Of a DNA stretch of 64,000 nt, positions 1 to 12,485 are shown piece by piece. The stretch covers positions 314,325,749 through 314,389,748 of the forward strand of contig NC_085842.1 in NCBI RefSeq assembly GCF_035594765.1. The letters are read 5' to 3'. The notes beneath the pieces were generated by a model. The model saw nothing but the letters and a program-made list of their open reading frames with translations. It had not been told where the DNA came from and ran no database searches. Source of the DNA: Anolis carolinensis (Eukaryota). The first letter of the stretch is position 1, and every line of letters begins with the position of its first letter. Made by a program: the position numbers and the translations under genes.

Positions 1-533
1 AAGTAGACTTACTCCGGGTCTACTCAGGAGTCGTAGCTTGGCTTGGCCGCCAAGATCTGGAAACCTGGTTTGGAAGAAGCAGGAGCTAGAGTCGGTGAAC
101 CTTTCTCAGGAAATAGCAACGTTGACACCGCAAAGTGTCCACGGTGTAAAACACTTTTATGGAACCCAAATAGATCACAAATAAGGGAAGCCAAACTCCT
201 AAATGTTCTCAAGGGAAAACCTTCTATCCATTATCCCCTCAAGATGCCAAGCGGTTACTCCTGCGGAGTCCTTGTTTTTCAGATCTCTGGAGATGCAGAA
301 ACTCCCTTCTGTTGAAGAACACATTCTCTGGGGAAATAAGAACATCTGGTTCAGCCATGGGAGTAATATTTTTGCTTTCTCTCCCAATTAAGGAATCACC
401 CGAGCTATCAACAGTCGGCAGCTGTAATTGAAAAGAGCTCTGTGGACTGGATAAAAAGTCAGAATAAGCTTCATCCTGGTCAAAGTTCATTTCTGGATAA
501 TGTTCAGAAACCAAAGGTGGCTGGGGTATGACA
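1..533 (-). mobile_element. Gypsy-like LTR, 5' (U3) part; continues past the window start
   Basis: The minus strand begins TGTCATACCCCA, similar to TGTGATGACCCA of the solo LTR at 51454. It shares the encoded peptide motif and the downstream GAGAA..TTTA(A)GGAGTTT block. TATA-like CATAAAA near 155-161 (minus). Confidence 0.7.
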
Positions 534-600
534 CATTGGCTCATGGAAAGCCAACCCAGGTATTTGGGGTTGACTTGTTGACTAAAATTTCTGGACTTAC

Positions 601-654
601 GGGTAACTTTATGCGGTGACGTTCCATTATCTGGGCGGAGGCCACTAGGGAGTG
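601..654 (-). CDS. Candidate internal exon of an unidentified minus-strand gene
   Basis: Acceptor ccttctctctctag| and donor |gtaagt; 54 nt; two open frames (HSLVASAQIMERHRIKLP or LPSGLRPDNGTSPHKVT). Confidence 0.4.
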
Positions 655-2827
655 CTAGAGAGAGAAGGATAGTCCATTTTACAGAGTTGGATTTTCCCCA
701 TTTTCGCTGGTTATGCCCCTCCCCTCTTTGCATATTATATGGTTTCCCTCCTTCAATCCCCCTTCAACCTTTTCTCTCTAGCACCCTCTAGTAGCCTCTG
801 CTCGGATAATGGAACAGAACCCTTTCTGCATGTGGAGTCAATGCATTAATTGCATTATACTACCCTTAAGCCAAGTGGCAGCATTGCATGGCTGAAACAT
901 AACAATGTATGTGCTGACCCCTCCCCCCCCCCCCCCAAGAAAAAACCCCATAGTGACTTCACTATGAGGTTGTGGAGAGTGCAGGCCACACCAGACATGT
1001 TGCATTCATCAGTGGGGTTGTACCAACAATGGGATTTGGATGTGGCCAAGGCAAGAGGGAAAGTAATCAACTAATGCTGGATGGCCACCTTTGCTTTCTC
1101 TAGTCACTGAAGCCTGGCAGGGCGGAGTTCTGTCCTTCCCATGTTAGCTGGATTTGTTTATAGTGATCCAACTTCTTTTCCCTTTGCTGCCACACAGCTG
1201 ACTCCTCCCCCAGAAGTTAAAACAAACTTCAACTCTAGCAACAACCACTTGTATTTTTTCCAACAGTATGCCAAAACACATGGCCTGCTTTAAGTTGCGA
1301 AGATAAATACGGATTAATTTGTCTGTCTGATTGTTTAGGGATACATTTTTCGATTAGGCTAACCATATATTTTGAATTTCTGGCTCTTTCCTTACTCTTT
1401 CTGTGGTCCATAGGTAGGATCAGGAGCAAAGAACTCGATGCTCTCTCCTTCTCTTTGTGTGTATACAGATACACATATGCACACTTTCAAAATGCAGGGT
1501 ACAAATACAGAATTTTTTTTAGTTATAATATTATAAAATTGTCAGGTATGGGAGGTTCATAGGGGTGACATGATAAGTTACTGCATGGGGTGACACCAAC
1601 CTTATTTATTTATTGCATTTATATACCACTTTTCTCACTCCTGAGGGGACCTAAAGTGGTTCACATCAAATAAATGGAACGCCGCATTACAGTAGTCTAT
1701 TAGAAATGTAACAAGAGTGTGGACTACCATAGCCAACAACCTAAGTGAAGCCACTGCAGTTGAATCAATTGACATATGGCAGACAGTAACATATAGTTAT
1801 TACTATGAAAGAAGGTGTGACTAAATTGGCAATAGGGACATGCCTATGCAATTATATAATAAATAGGGATCTTATACTATGGCAAAAAATAAAATCACAT
1901 GTGTAAAGGAACTTATGTGTGTAAAAGACCACCAAGATGCCAACTGATTGTTTCTGACTCTTTAAAGGTATAAAAAGTGAGAAGGACATACCTGGACATG
2001 CTGGGAACAACACCCATGATTCTCCCAAATCCTGAAGATGACCAATCAACCTCTCCTGCATGTCGGAAAGATAATAAAAGAATGCAGATTTTAGAGGCAC
2101 ATCATCCATCACTGCTTCATTAGTATATGGCTGGAATCAGAATTGCCACTTCGTTTTGTTCCAAGTAAAAGCTGAAATTAATTTAGAAGGTGATGCTCAG
2201 CCAGAACATCTGTGAGAATTTTGAAGAAGGTCCAGAAAAATTGAGATAGGATTAGTGAAATTTCTCAAGGGGGTTTTGCACATCTCAGCTGGACGGTGCT
2301 TGGGGAAGCCAGGTGTGTGGAGAGTGGTGGTCAAAGCCAAATAGTGGAGCATCTTGGGATTTATCCATCGCTGCTGGAGATGTGAAACGAAAACTCATGG
2401 CAGGAAGAGAAAAGGCAGTGATACTTAATGCAACACATGTTTCTATCATTTCCATCCAAAACGTTTGTGTCTGTGTGATAAATGAAAATGGGAGTGGCAA
2501 GTAGCCAAAAAAACAGTTTTGCTAGCTGAAGTAATCTTGCTCAGTCTCTCTTAATTTTGGACCCTTCAGAAAGTTTGGATTTCAACCACGAGAAGTCCCC
2601 AGCCAGCATGTCTGATAGTCAGGAATTCTGGGATCTGAAGTTTCAAACATCAAAAGGACCAAGGTTTGAGAAATTCTGATCTTCACGATTTTGGCTTCTG
2701 GAAATCCTCACCATAATGGTTGGAGAATATCTACTGATCTATCAATTGACAATAGACTTAATCGAGAGGTTTAGGTAATGTGAAATTCGTTTGCAAACCA
2801 ATGCCTTCCACGTGGGTGGAACTACAA

Positions 2828-3062
2828 TGAGCCTCCGCCATCAACTCCACCGAACTGGCTACATTGTCCGATGCCCGATCACCATCTCCTGAAACAGTTA
2901 CTCTACTCCCAACTCAAGGATGGAAAACAGAATGTTGTTGGACAGGAAAAGAGATTTAAAGATGGACTTAAAGCTAACCTTAAAAACTGTGGCATAGACA
3001 CTGGGAATGGGATAAAGGGAGAAACAGGTCAAGAGGAAGAAGGTGCATCAAGACAACCCCGA
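2828..3062 (+). mobile_element. RTE-clade LINE 3' fragment
   Basis: Encodes MPDHHLLKQLLYSQLKDGKQNVVGQEKRFKDGLKANLKNCGID, a typical RTE ORF C-terminus. Confidence 0.8.
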
Positions 3063-3195
3063 CCAGGACCTGGTCTGTTTCCTTTCGCCTTTCCTGAAAT
3101 GTGGGTACTTGCTCTCCTCCTCAGATTCCAACTGCCCCTCTGATTCATGAACACTTTCCTGCTTCCCTTCCTCTTTGGAAGAAGAGGAATCCCTA

Positions 3196-3412
3196 ACACT
3201 ATGCCACAGTTTTTAACATTAGTTTTCAGCCCATCTTTAAATCACTTGTCCTGTCCACCAACGTTCCATTTTCCGTTCTTGAGTTGAGAGTAGAGCAAAC
3301 CTTTAGAAAAATGGTGATTAGGCATTTGGACAATGTGATGAGTATTGCAAAGTTGGTGGTGAAGGATCGTCACTTCAGTGGTGGTAGTCTTTGCTAGTGG
3401 AAGCAGCAAAGG
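3196..3412 (-). mobile_element. RTE-clade LINE fragment, inverted relative to 2828-3062
   Basis: Minus ORF contains MPNHHFSKGLLYSQLKNGKWNVGGQ, the same family as the adjacent copy. Confidence 0.8.
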
Positions 3413-3712
3413 GCTTGTCAACAGCCACCCAAATCTATACATTATTGGACTTTGGGGAGTGGGAGTGGATGGTGACTTAAATGAGTGCTACTTCCCACCC
3501 TGAAGCCATAGGGAGCAGCATAGCAATGATTTCAGTCACCACTCACTCCCACCAAAGTCTCCTGGAATCATGAGAGTAATAGTTTGGTGCGGTACCAGCA
3601 CTATTTGGCAAAGAAAGTTAAAATCCTATAGAACTACAACTCCCATAATTCCATAGCATTGAGCCATGGCAGTTAAAGTGATGTCAGATGGCATTAGTTC
3701 TACAGTGTAGAG

Positions 3713-3899
3713 CAGGCATGGGCAAACTTTGGCTCTCCAAGTGTTTTGGACTTCAACTCCCACAATTCCTAACAGCCTCAGGCCACTTAAGATCACTCAG
3801 CTTAAACAGCTGAGGGGGAAAAGGAAGGGGCTGAGGCTGTTAGAAATTGTGGGTGTTGAAGTCCAAAACACCTGGAGGGTTGAAGTATGCCCATGCCTG
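3713..3899. mobile_element. Non-autonomous hAT MITE nested in a Harbinger-type MITE (host about 3560-3915)
   Basis: TIRs CAGGCATGGGC...GCCCATGCCTG; 8-bp TSD gtgtagag/gtgtagat. Confidence 0.85.
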
Positions 3900-4840
3900 G
3901 TGTAGATGTATCCCAGGTCTCGGATTGAGGAGCCACCAAGACAAAACCAGTTTCTGTATCCTTGTGTCCACCCATTCGTTTATATTGCCTCCGCTTTCTG
4001 TTTTCTGTTTTCTGTGATGATACTTTGGCATGCAATGCTGGGCATACTCCACTGTGAGAGTTATTTCAAGTTTTTTTTAACAGCCTGATCAAGAGATCAA
4101 ATGCTGGGAAAGGGTTATTATGCATCGAGCTCATATCATAAATAATATGATAAAAACATAGCAATCCGGAGCATAAACAAGCCAGCTAAATTCAATCTTC
4201 ATGGATAGTTCAATGGAAAGTTCGCCTGGAAAAATGCAGCGTATCGTATTTCATGCCTTTAATAGGGTTTTCATGATTTTACAAAGTGCTTCAATGAGAC
4301 AGCCTCAGCTGGAGGTTACACAGCAGGAGACCCTAAAACAGTGCATCTGTGTTTTTCAACTCCTGCCAAAATCTCTTGAATCTGATCTGGAATGACTATG
4401 CATCTTTGGAATGCGTGTTCACTTTTCTCCTGCCTTATCCAAATAATAAGAAAGAGAAAGAAAAAAAGAAGGAAGGAAGGGGGTGAGAGGAAAAGAAAGA
4501 CGTCCTGGGTGAATTCCATATGGAAACACTAAACCAACATTAGAAAGGATTTCCTATAAACAAAATCATAGTCACAAATTTTGGACATGGATCAATTTAA
4601 AAACAAAGGGCCCCGTATGCCTCTTTTTAAAAAATATAGATGACCTATATATGTACATAGGCACACATGCACACATTTCTTGGAAGAGTCATTGGTACTT
4701 TGCTAAAGATCGTCAAAGTACTCATAAAAAGAAGAAACTTCAATCTTTCTGCTCACTATGAAGTCTCCAAATACATTTCTGGAACTTAATAAAAACACAA
4801 ACACAGCCCTCCTTAATTTGAATCACATGTGCCATGTTAC

Positions 4841-4928
4841 GTATTTCTGACGGTGGCAGGAGTCCAGATAGTAATTGAATGGTCTCCTGCAAATATTTGC
4901 TGTAAGGAGCAGATATGTCCTTTGGTTC
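4841..4928 (-). CDS. Candidate internal exon of an unidentified minus-strand gene
   Basis: Acceptor tttcctatctcttacacag| and donor |gtaaca; 88 nt; all three frames open. Confidence 0.35.
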
Positions 4929-5287
4929 CTGTGTAAGAGATAGGAAAACACATTTATTGTCTGATTTTGTTTGGGCACCAAACCTTGAAGATATTTCCAC
5001 CCCATGGAGATATAAAAAATGAATTTTTCCAACTTTTAGAGTGGCAAAGTGTGTGATAAAAGTGTATGAGAAATTCGTTTTCATTAGTTTCAGTGTTTAA
5101 ATGTGATGAAAAGAAAAGAAAAGAAAAAGGAGAATAACATAGGAGGTGATGCAGAGGACAAAATAATGCTATGTTAGCCAACACTTAGTAATCACATTTA
5201 AAAATGTTATTTTTTTGTTTACAATATATTTATACTGCCATCAACATTAAAGTTACACATTGGAAACACTTTAAATATAAATATACT

Positions 5288-5650
5288 TCGTTTATATTCC
5301 GCTCTATCTCCCTGAGGGGACTTATAGTGGATTACAAAACACACACACAGCAAGGATTCAATGCTGTGATACTATTAACAAGGACAGACAATACACAAAC
5401 AGAGGTAAAGGCATTTCCCATTTTATTTCTGGCATCTTGGGGGCTGTGCTCGACTCTGGCCATGGGGAGATGGGGTGCAGTCGCTCCATCTTTCGTGCCA
5501 AGGAGCTTTGTTGTCCTTGGACATTCTCCTGATTGATGTCCTTAAAGACATCTTTTATTACCTCCCTGCTAAAAGAGGTACCTATTTATCTACTTGCATT
5601 TCTGCTTTCGATCTGCTAGGTGAGCAGGGAGCTGGGGCTGATGGCGGGTA
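5288..5650 (-). mobile_element. Old Anolis SINE2-like SINE (Sauria-like body, L2-type tail)
   Basis: Diverged similarity to the copies at 24601, 41178 and 48866 (L2-type tail; ggtacctatttatctact block). Confidence 0.65.
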
Positions 5651-6267
5651 TTTTCTGCAGCTAGTGGTTTAGGATGGCGATAGAATACTTAAAGCACTGC
5701 CATTTTGTTTGTCCAAAAGTTTGGAAGTAACAAGTTATAAGCGATTTTGGTTACTGTTATACATTGCTTTTGAATCTTGACTAGGGCCAGAAGCAGATGG
5801 AAGAGACTCTATCCCAACTGCCACTGCCCTGTCCATGGAAGTATCCTTCCATGGCAGGTACAGATCCATCAGATCTTGGTCCAAAGCGAATGAAAGGTCC
5901 TTCCTTCTTCCCGACAGCCACTGACCTGGCCTTGTAGGGAGAGGAGAAGAGGCAGGCACAGATCCATCATGCCTTGGCCCAGAAGCAGATCTAAAGGCCG
6001 TTCCTCCATACCGACTGCACTGCCCTGACTTTGGAGGGAGATAAGTAGTAGTCATTATTTCCCCTTTTGTGTCATGTCTTAACTAGACTATAAGATTTAA
6101 AGTAAAGATTTGGTCTGTGTTCATTTAACTTGTAAAGCACCATGTATGATGACTGTGGTGTAAATAAATAAATGGTGACAAGAAGAAAGAGAGAAAGAGG
6201 AAGAGGACATAATGATGTGACTTTTACAAAATACCAATTAACCGGTTAACCTTTTTACTATTTTTAT

Positions 6268-6450
6268 TTGTTGTTGTGTGCGGTCAACTCATTTTTGATG
6301 CACAGCAACTTTATCATCAGGTTTTCTTTGCAAGATTTAAACCAGGGATTTGCCATCGCCTTTCTCTGAGAATGTAATTTGACTAAGCTTTCCTTGACTG
6401 AGCAGGAATTTGAACCCTGGTCTCCCAGAATTTTGTTCCAACACTCAAAC
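6268..6450 (-). mobile_element. Old tRNA-derived SINE remnant; similar remnants near 47365, 47890, 52630
   Basis: B-box-like ggaatttgaaccctgg and a (caa)n-like tail on the minus strand. Confidence 0.5.
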
Positions 6451-6841
6451 TTTCTTAGAAGTTCACGGTCAATTCTATTCTATACTTGTACACAATCCTT
6501 TTTTGCATTTTTCCTGCTTGCTCAGAAAATCACAGCAAGCATAGCTTCTACTGGCTGTTCTTCCAGACGCCAAGAAAGAGTAAAAACACTTGGGCTTAAC
6601 AACAGTTGCCACAACTCCACCGTCAAAATGGCTGCTCCAACATCTTCTTTAGCAATGGTATTGGGAGGACATGAAAGGCATGCTGATTTAATGCTGTCGG
6701 CATCATTTCAAGATCCATAATATTGACTGAAATAGGCTTAATCTCTTGGACACCAGCTGAGTTTGAGTTTGTTGCTTTTAAGTCAGGGCAGACAACCCAG
6801 AAATACACATAATTGTAAACATTACAGATCAGACAGCTTAC

Positions 6842-6887
6842 CTCTGGCCTCCTTCAGCAAAGTGCTCTGTAAATACCAGAGATATAG
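6842..6887 (-). CDS. Candidate internal exon (LYLWYLQSTLLKEAR in phase 0)
   Basis: Acceptor ttttatcttctcag| and donor gag|gtaagc; 46 nt. Confidence 0.35.
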
Positions 6888-7401
6888 CTGAGAAGATAAA
6901 AGCCATAACAGTGTTTTGTGGCTTCCTGGCAATTTGTAGGACCATTTGTAGAATTGGTAGGACTCCAGATTGGTTTCTCTCGTCTCCTTGCTTCTGTAGA
7001 TGCAAACCGGTTTCCAAAAGCAAGGTCACTTTTGATGTTTGCCCAGATGCTTAAAAACTACCTTTCTGTGAGCAGCTTCTGTTTAGCTTAGGAAACATTT
7101 AAGCAATCCTTGTTGCTTTAACTGATTGACAGTCATGCCTGAACTTCTATGTTCAGGTTGAACACATGCATGACTCTTTTGGGCCCTAAAGGTACATTGA
7201 AGAATTAATGCAGTTTGTTACTACTTTAACTGCCATGGCTCAATGTTATGGAATCTTGGCAGCATTCAGAGGCAGAGAAGAATATATCTGGTAGCCATAT
7301 TAGTTATGGGAATATATCAGAGTGAGAGCATACCAAACATATACTAAAATTACTCCACTGATCTTTATCTAGGTTAGCTACAGGATTGCCTTCTCACTTA
7401 C

Positions 7402-7470
7402 GATCCACTGTACACTTAGGTCCTCTGAGGGACATTCACTCCAACCAAACAGAACCATCACCCAGAAGAC
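7402..7470 (-). CDS. Weak candidate exon (VFWVMVLFGWSECPSEDLSVQWI)
   Basis: Strong donor |gtaagt, mediocre acceptor tgatgaaaag|; 69 nt, phase 0-0. Confidence 0.2.
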
Positions 7471-8035
7471 CTTTTCATCAAACATTGAGGAGAAGCAGAT
7501 AGCAAATGAAATTTATTTTTGCTGTCAATATTGTAGAAGTCTAATTGGTTTTGTGCACATAATATTACTGCTTGAGATGCCCTGGTATAGATGCAGAGGT
7601 TTTTAAGACCAATGTTGCATGTTCTGTGGTTTTCTGCATGACAAGAAATTTCAGTTGATCCTGTTGCCCTGGAGTAAGAGATTACTAAGTACTTGTTCCC
7701 TGATTTGCAAATATCTACATAGCATGTATTACCTACATCTTACAAAATATGTCCTCTCTATGAATTTTCAAGGTTCTCTAGTTGATTCTATTTCACATTT
7801 CTGTTAAAATTACCATAGCATTGGCTTGGAGAACCTACAACATTCTTGAGAATGTATCTTTCTGGGAATTTGCTGGGTCACTTTATGGTAACTTCTGGTG
7901 GAAGGTGTTCACTCCAACAGGGTTCACTATTATCCACATTTTTCCGTTTCCACTGTTAGTTCAGATACATACACCCCCACCCCACACCCCGATACAGGTC
8001 TCATATTGTATTTCCAAGTGATTGTATGCTTTGGC

Positions 8036-8421
8036 CTGACCATGAGGTCATGAGTTCGAAGCCAGCCCGTGGCGAGGTGAGCACCCATCAATTAAAAAAT
8101 AAAAAATAGCCCCTGCTCGTTGCTGACCTAGCAACCCGAAAGATAGTTGCATCAATCAAGTAGGAAATAAGGTACCACTTATAAAGTGGGGAGGCAAATT
8201 TAACTAATTTACGATGTTGGAATGAGGAAGTGCCGTCACAGTGGATGATGAAGCAGCTGCTCCCTCCTGTGGCCGGAATCGAACATCCCCTCAGGAGAAG
8301 GTTAAATTGCCTCTGTGTCTGTCTCTGTCTCGGTTCTATGTGTATATGGGCATCCACCCTGAGTCCCCTTCGGGGTGAGAAGGGCAGAATAAAAATACTG
8401 TAAATAAATAAAATAAATAAA
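8036..8421 (+). mobile_element. Anolis SINE2 (5'-truncated)
   Basis: B-box gagttcgaagcc; L2-type tail ccctgagtccccttcggggtgagaagggc followed by (TAAA)n; near-identical to 43892-44349. Confidence 0.9.
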
Positions 8422-9579
8422 TTGCCCTACATTACTGAGAGTGTCTTGCTTGACATCCTTCTAGCACAAAGTTTGCTCAGTTCATAGATAGCAAGCCTCA
8501 AACACGAAATCAGATACAATATATTTGTTAAATTTCCCATCTGGAGCTATTGCAACTATCTCTGTGTATCCCCCTTCCCACCCCAACAGCAGAACGCCTT
8601 GGGATTTTAAAAGTGAACGCCTTCATATTCCATTCCCTTTCATCTTGGTATTAGCTACATACTGCCCTCTTCTTTGACTTCTTTAAGCTTTCAAAGCAGA
8701 GAGACAGAAATATACCCTCATTTAGCTTTCACTTTGCTGAGGTTCAGCCATCATGTAAATCAGTGTCGAGCAGAAAAACCTTGGAGAGTGTGAACTAATC
8801 AAAAGTGCAGGCTTTGATATGTCTCGAAAGGAAGCAAACTCACACAAGTCTTTCTGGAACACCTTTCGCTACCATTGGAAACCTTGCTCTTCCTCAATTT
8901 TCATTGCTTAGCTCCTGATTTCTGCTTACACTTCTACAGTGATGGAGATCCTATATCATGTTCGTGTGACATAAATTTCCACACACATTATGAAGTGGCA
9001 ATTGAGCTACTCCAGTCTTTTTCTGAATAATTGATGTTGCATAAATGTGATTGCCTATCTGCCAATGTGTTTGCTTGTTGTTCTGATTGCACTGGGGGTC
9101 AATCCTAATGAAGCAAGTGATACGTTGAAGATAATAGGAAGCATCCCACAAATGTACACATGCATGAGAAAAGGTTACACTGGAGCATGTCATTGAGAAC
9201 TGAATGACAAGACCTGGCTGAAAAAGAAAAACATACATAAAGGAAGTTGCATGCATGTAAAACACCAATGGGATACCACACAACAATACACAATGAAAGT
9301 CCTCATGACAGATGGAAGTCCAGCTTTTGTTTCAAAATCTCTAGAAAAGGAGACTCCACAACACGCTGAGGCAGCAGCATATGCCACTATTCGTCCTAAT
9401 GTTTAAGTGGAATCTCTTGTTCCTGCTACTTGAATCCATTGCACTGTGCATCAGTCTATAGAACCTCCTCAGTGCAGAAGATGATTCCAGGAGCATATAT
9501 CACTGAAGTGGTACCATAACACTGCTGTAGAGAAGCTTGTGAAATTGATTATTTCCATACCTGTACGGCTGCATCTACA

Positions 9580-10424
9580 GGCCTTCCACACAGCCATTAG
9601 ACTTGTGCATTTGGGGTAAACACTTACCCATTTTGTGTCCTGGCTTGATCCATTTTTGGAGCCTCCCAAAATCGGGTGGGTAGATATCTGTTTTCGCTCT
9701 CCAGTGCCCAAAGAACTGTTTTCTATCAGCCCATTATGGGGGAGGAGGCTTCCCACCTAGGCTCCCCACCCAGACTCCCCTTCCTGGTGAGTGCTTTAAG
9801 GAGGCTTTTTCTTACCTGCTGTTTCCACCCTAGAGTAAGAGCCACTCAGCTGGCTGCAGGCCCTGGCAGGTGTGGGTGCTCCTGCATGCCATGCATGCAT
9901 TCTCCTTGGAAAGAGAGAGTGTGTGTGGCATGCAGACAAGCTCATGTTTGCACCTGTCAGGGCCTGCAGCTGAATACCTTTTATTTGGTGCTCATTGCAA
10001 GCCCTGGCAGGTGAGGGCACTCTGGGCCTGCCTGCATGCCACACACGCACTTTTCTTCCAAGGAGAATGCATGTGTGGCGTGCAGGAGCACCCTCACCTA
10101 CCAGGGCCCACAGCCGAGTGCCTCTTACTCTGTGATGCCGAAAAGCAGGTCAGGAGCCAAGACCTGCTCTTGCTTGCTTTGAGGTCAAGCTGATTTCTGT
10201 AGCAGGAGGGGCTTTCCTGTTTTGTGCTCCCAAAGAAACTAAAGACACGAACAAACAAATGAAAGGGGGGAAATGAATTCCGCACACAACTCTGACAGCC
10301 ATATAACCCAGAATATCAAGGCAAATAATAATCCACAATATCTGCTTTGAACTGGGTTATCTGACTCCACACTGCTATATAACCAGTTCAATGTAGATTT
10401 TATACAACTGTGTGGAAGGGGCCT
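9580..10424. mobile_element. Harbinger-type palindromic MITE split by a hAT insertion
   Basis: Ends ggccttccacacagc ... ctgtgtggaaggggcc; the two halves rejoin at the duplicated acagccat. Confidence 0.75.
9598..10294. mobile_element. Non-autonomous hAT element with internal tandem repeats (copy 1)
   Basis: Imperfect TIRs TAGACTTGTGC / GCACACAACTCTG; perfect 8-bp TSD ACAGCCAT (9590-9597, 10295-10302); homologous to 55527-56394. Confidence 0.85.
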
Positions 10425-10801
10425 AAACTGCCATTTAAGGCTGTATAGGAAATGCATTAGCCTAGTAAATCAACACGATGCACATGACTAATGCAAGTTA
10501 ACCCAGAATGAACCAATTAGTCTGCGTTTGATCCCAGGTTAAGAACAACACTGAGAAAGGTGCAAATCATCCAGGAAGATCCAGAAAACTGCCATCTTAG
10601 TTACCCATGTGGGATGCAAGATCACGTCCCGACAGCCATTCCATACTCCCTGGGCTCACGCAGCATGAGAAAGTGGAAAGTCTCCTTATTCTTGCAATAA
10701 ATTTTCAGGAACTACACCTTATCATCCTTGCAGACTATGTACTTCCTGTAACTGCGTCATACCAGCAGTGACAGAGCTTTGTTGTTGGGAAGGTAGCTTA
10801 C

Positions 10802-10854
10802 CGCTCCAAAACTTTGTTGCTGCCAGAATGACACATATTCAGGAAGTACAGAGC
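10802..10854 (-). CDS. Candidate internal exon (GSVLPEYVSFWQQQSFGA or ALYFLNMCHSGSNKVLER)
   Basis: Branch-like ctaac plus tatccctgcag| acceptor; donor |gtaagc; 53 nt. Confidence 0.4.
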
Positions 10855-11566
10855 CTGCAGGGATAGTTAGGGATGCTATTCCATAGTATCTTGTGGTGAT
10901 GAGGGTGCAGGGAGGGTAGGAAACACAACCAATACCCAGCCCTGTTGAACTGGCTTTGGCACGGCTAGGCTGTCTGGCTGTTGTCTTGTCCCCATGCGAC
11001 TCGGAACCGGCATTTTTTAATGCCAGTTTCAGCTGCATTTGGTGTCTGTATGTATGAGCCCCATGTTTCTGTTTGCTTAAACAATGCAATTACTATGAGA
11101 CAACAGACTGGTATAATAAAGCGTGTTAAATCTCAAAGCTTCCTACTCTAAAAGAGACCATTATTACTTATAGAGACCTCTTATTTCCAAATTGTTCTCT
11201 ATTTCAGAGGAGTCTGTCACCTGAGGATACAGACAGACTAGTTCATGATAATCTCAATAATGTTATGCAAATCCCTTAAGAATGCCTAGAGGGATTCCAG
11301 TCCAAGTTCAGAACATAAACCTATAAGTCATAAGCCATGAACTGTATACATCACCCCATTTAATTGCTAAACTTGCCACCACTCTCTTGATACACACAGC
11401 AGTAGTGACCAGAAAAAAGCTTTAAGGTGAGTTAACCAGGTTCTGCTTTCAGTCTGGATTGTGTGCCAAATAGCCTTTTAGATGTGAGATTTTGCTTGGA
11501 AAGAAGGCACATTTATTTACAACATTTTTACCCCGCCTTTCTCACCCAAGGGGACTCAAGGTGGTT

Positions 11567-11769
11567 GGGTTGTTGTGTGTTTTTCGGGCTGTATGGCTAT
11601 GTTCCAGAAGTATTTTCTCCTGACGTTTCACCCACATCTATGGCAGGCATCCTCAGAGGTTGTGAGGTGGGTGAAATGTCAGGAGAGAATACTTCTGGAA
11701 CATGACCATACAGCCCAGAAAACACACAACAACCCTGTGATCCCCGCCATGAAAGCCTTCGACAACACA
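11567..11769. mobile_element. Short palindromic Penelope-like element remnant
   Basis: Same termini as 15111-15929 (gggttgttgt... / ...gccatgaaagccttcgacaacaca) with the interior deleted. Confidence 0.8.
11618..11659 (-). ncRNA. Minimal type-I hammerhead ribozyme motif
   Basis: Minus strand reads cct-CTGAGGA-t-gcctgc-catagat-gtgggt-GAAAC-GTC-agg. Confidence 0.7.
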
Positions 11770-11867
11770 AGGCACATTCTCCTCATGCTAAATATTTGGT
11801 TTGCTCAGTAGGAACAAAGTTTGGTCCCTTATGGGTTCAGGAGTGCAATGTGCTCCCCATCTCACAA

Positions 11868-11869
<2 letters not shown>

Positions 11870-11920
<51 letters not shown>
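11870..11920. repeat. (TA)n microsatellite
   Basis: About 25 TA units seen directly. Confidence 0.95.
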
Positions 11921-11925
<5 letters not shown>

Positions 11926-12212
11926 GCATAGGGGGCATGACTTGAAGACATGAGTTCTAAATAGCTTTAAGCATCTGTTCATGAAAAAAGCTTAGCAAAT
12001 GATATTTACCATGTTTTGCTACATATTACATCCAATTGCAAGATGATATTTTAAAAAGCACCTATTTTCAACTTATGTCAGGATAGAATATAGTATGATC
12101 CCCATGTCTACTGAGGAATGGGATACGTCTCTGTATTCACTGTGGAAACAGAAAACTATGGATAATAGTGAATCCTATTGCAATGAATGACTTCTACCAA
12201 AGGTTACCATAG

Positions 12213-12358
12213 GCCCCATCTACACTGCCATGTAAGGTAGTCTGAAACAGCATTATATCACCATATGCAGTTCAATGCAAGTTAATGGCATTATTTGAGT
12301 CTACACTGACCATATAATGCAGTTTCATACTGCATTATATGTCAGTGTAGATGGGGCT
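12213..12358. mobile_element. Harbinger-type palindromic MITE
   Basis: TIRs ggccccatctacactg ... cagtgtagatggggct. Confidence 0.8.
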
Positions 12359-12485
12359 ATAGAATCATGCTAGAGGACCCCAGAAAAGTCTTATTAACAG
12401 GAATGTAAATAAGCAGTGGTAAGTTAGTCGCAGGAAAATGAAACAGGGTAGACAGTGCTGTGGTTTCCAAATGGCTCAACATATA

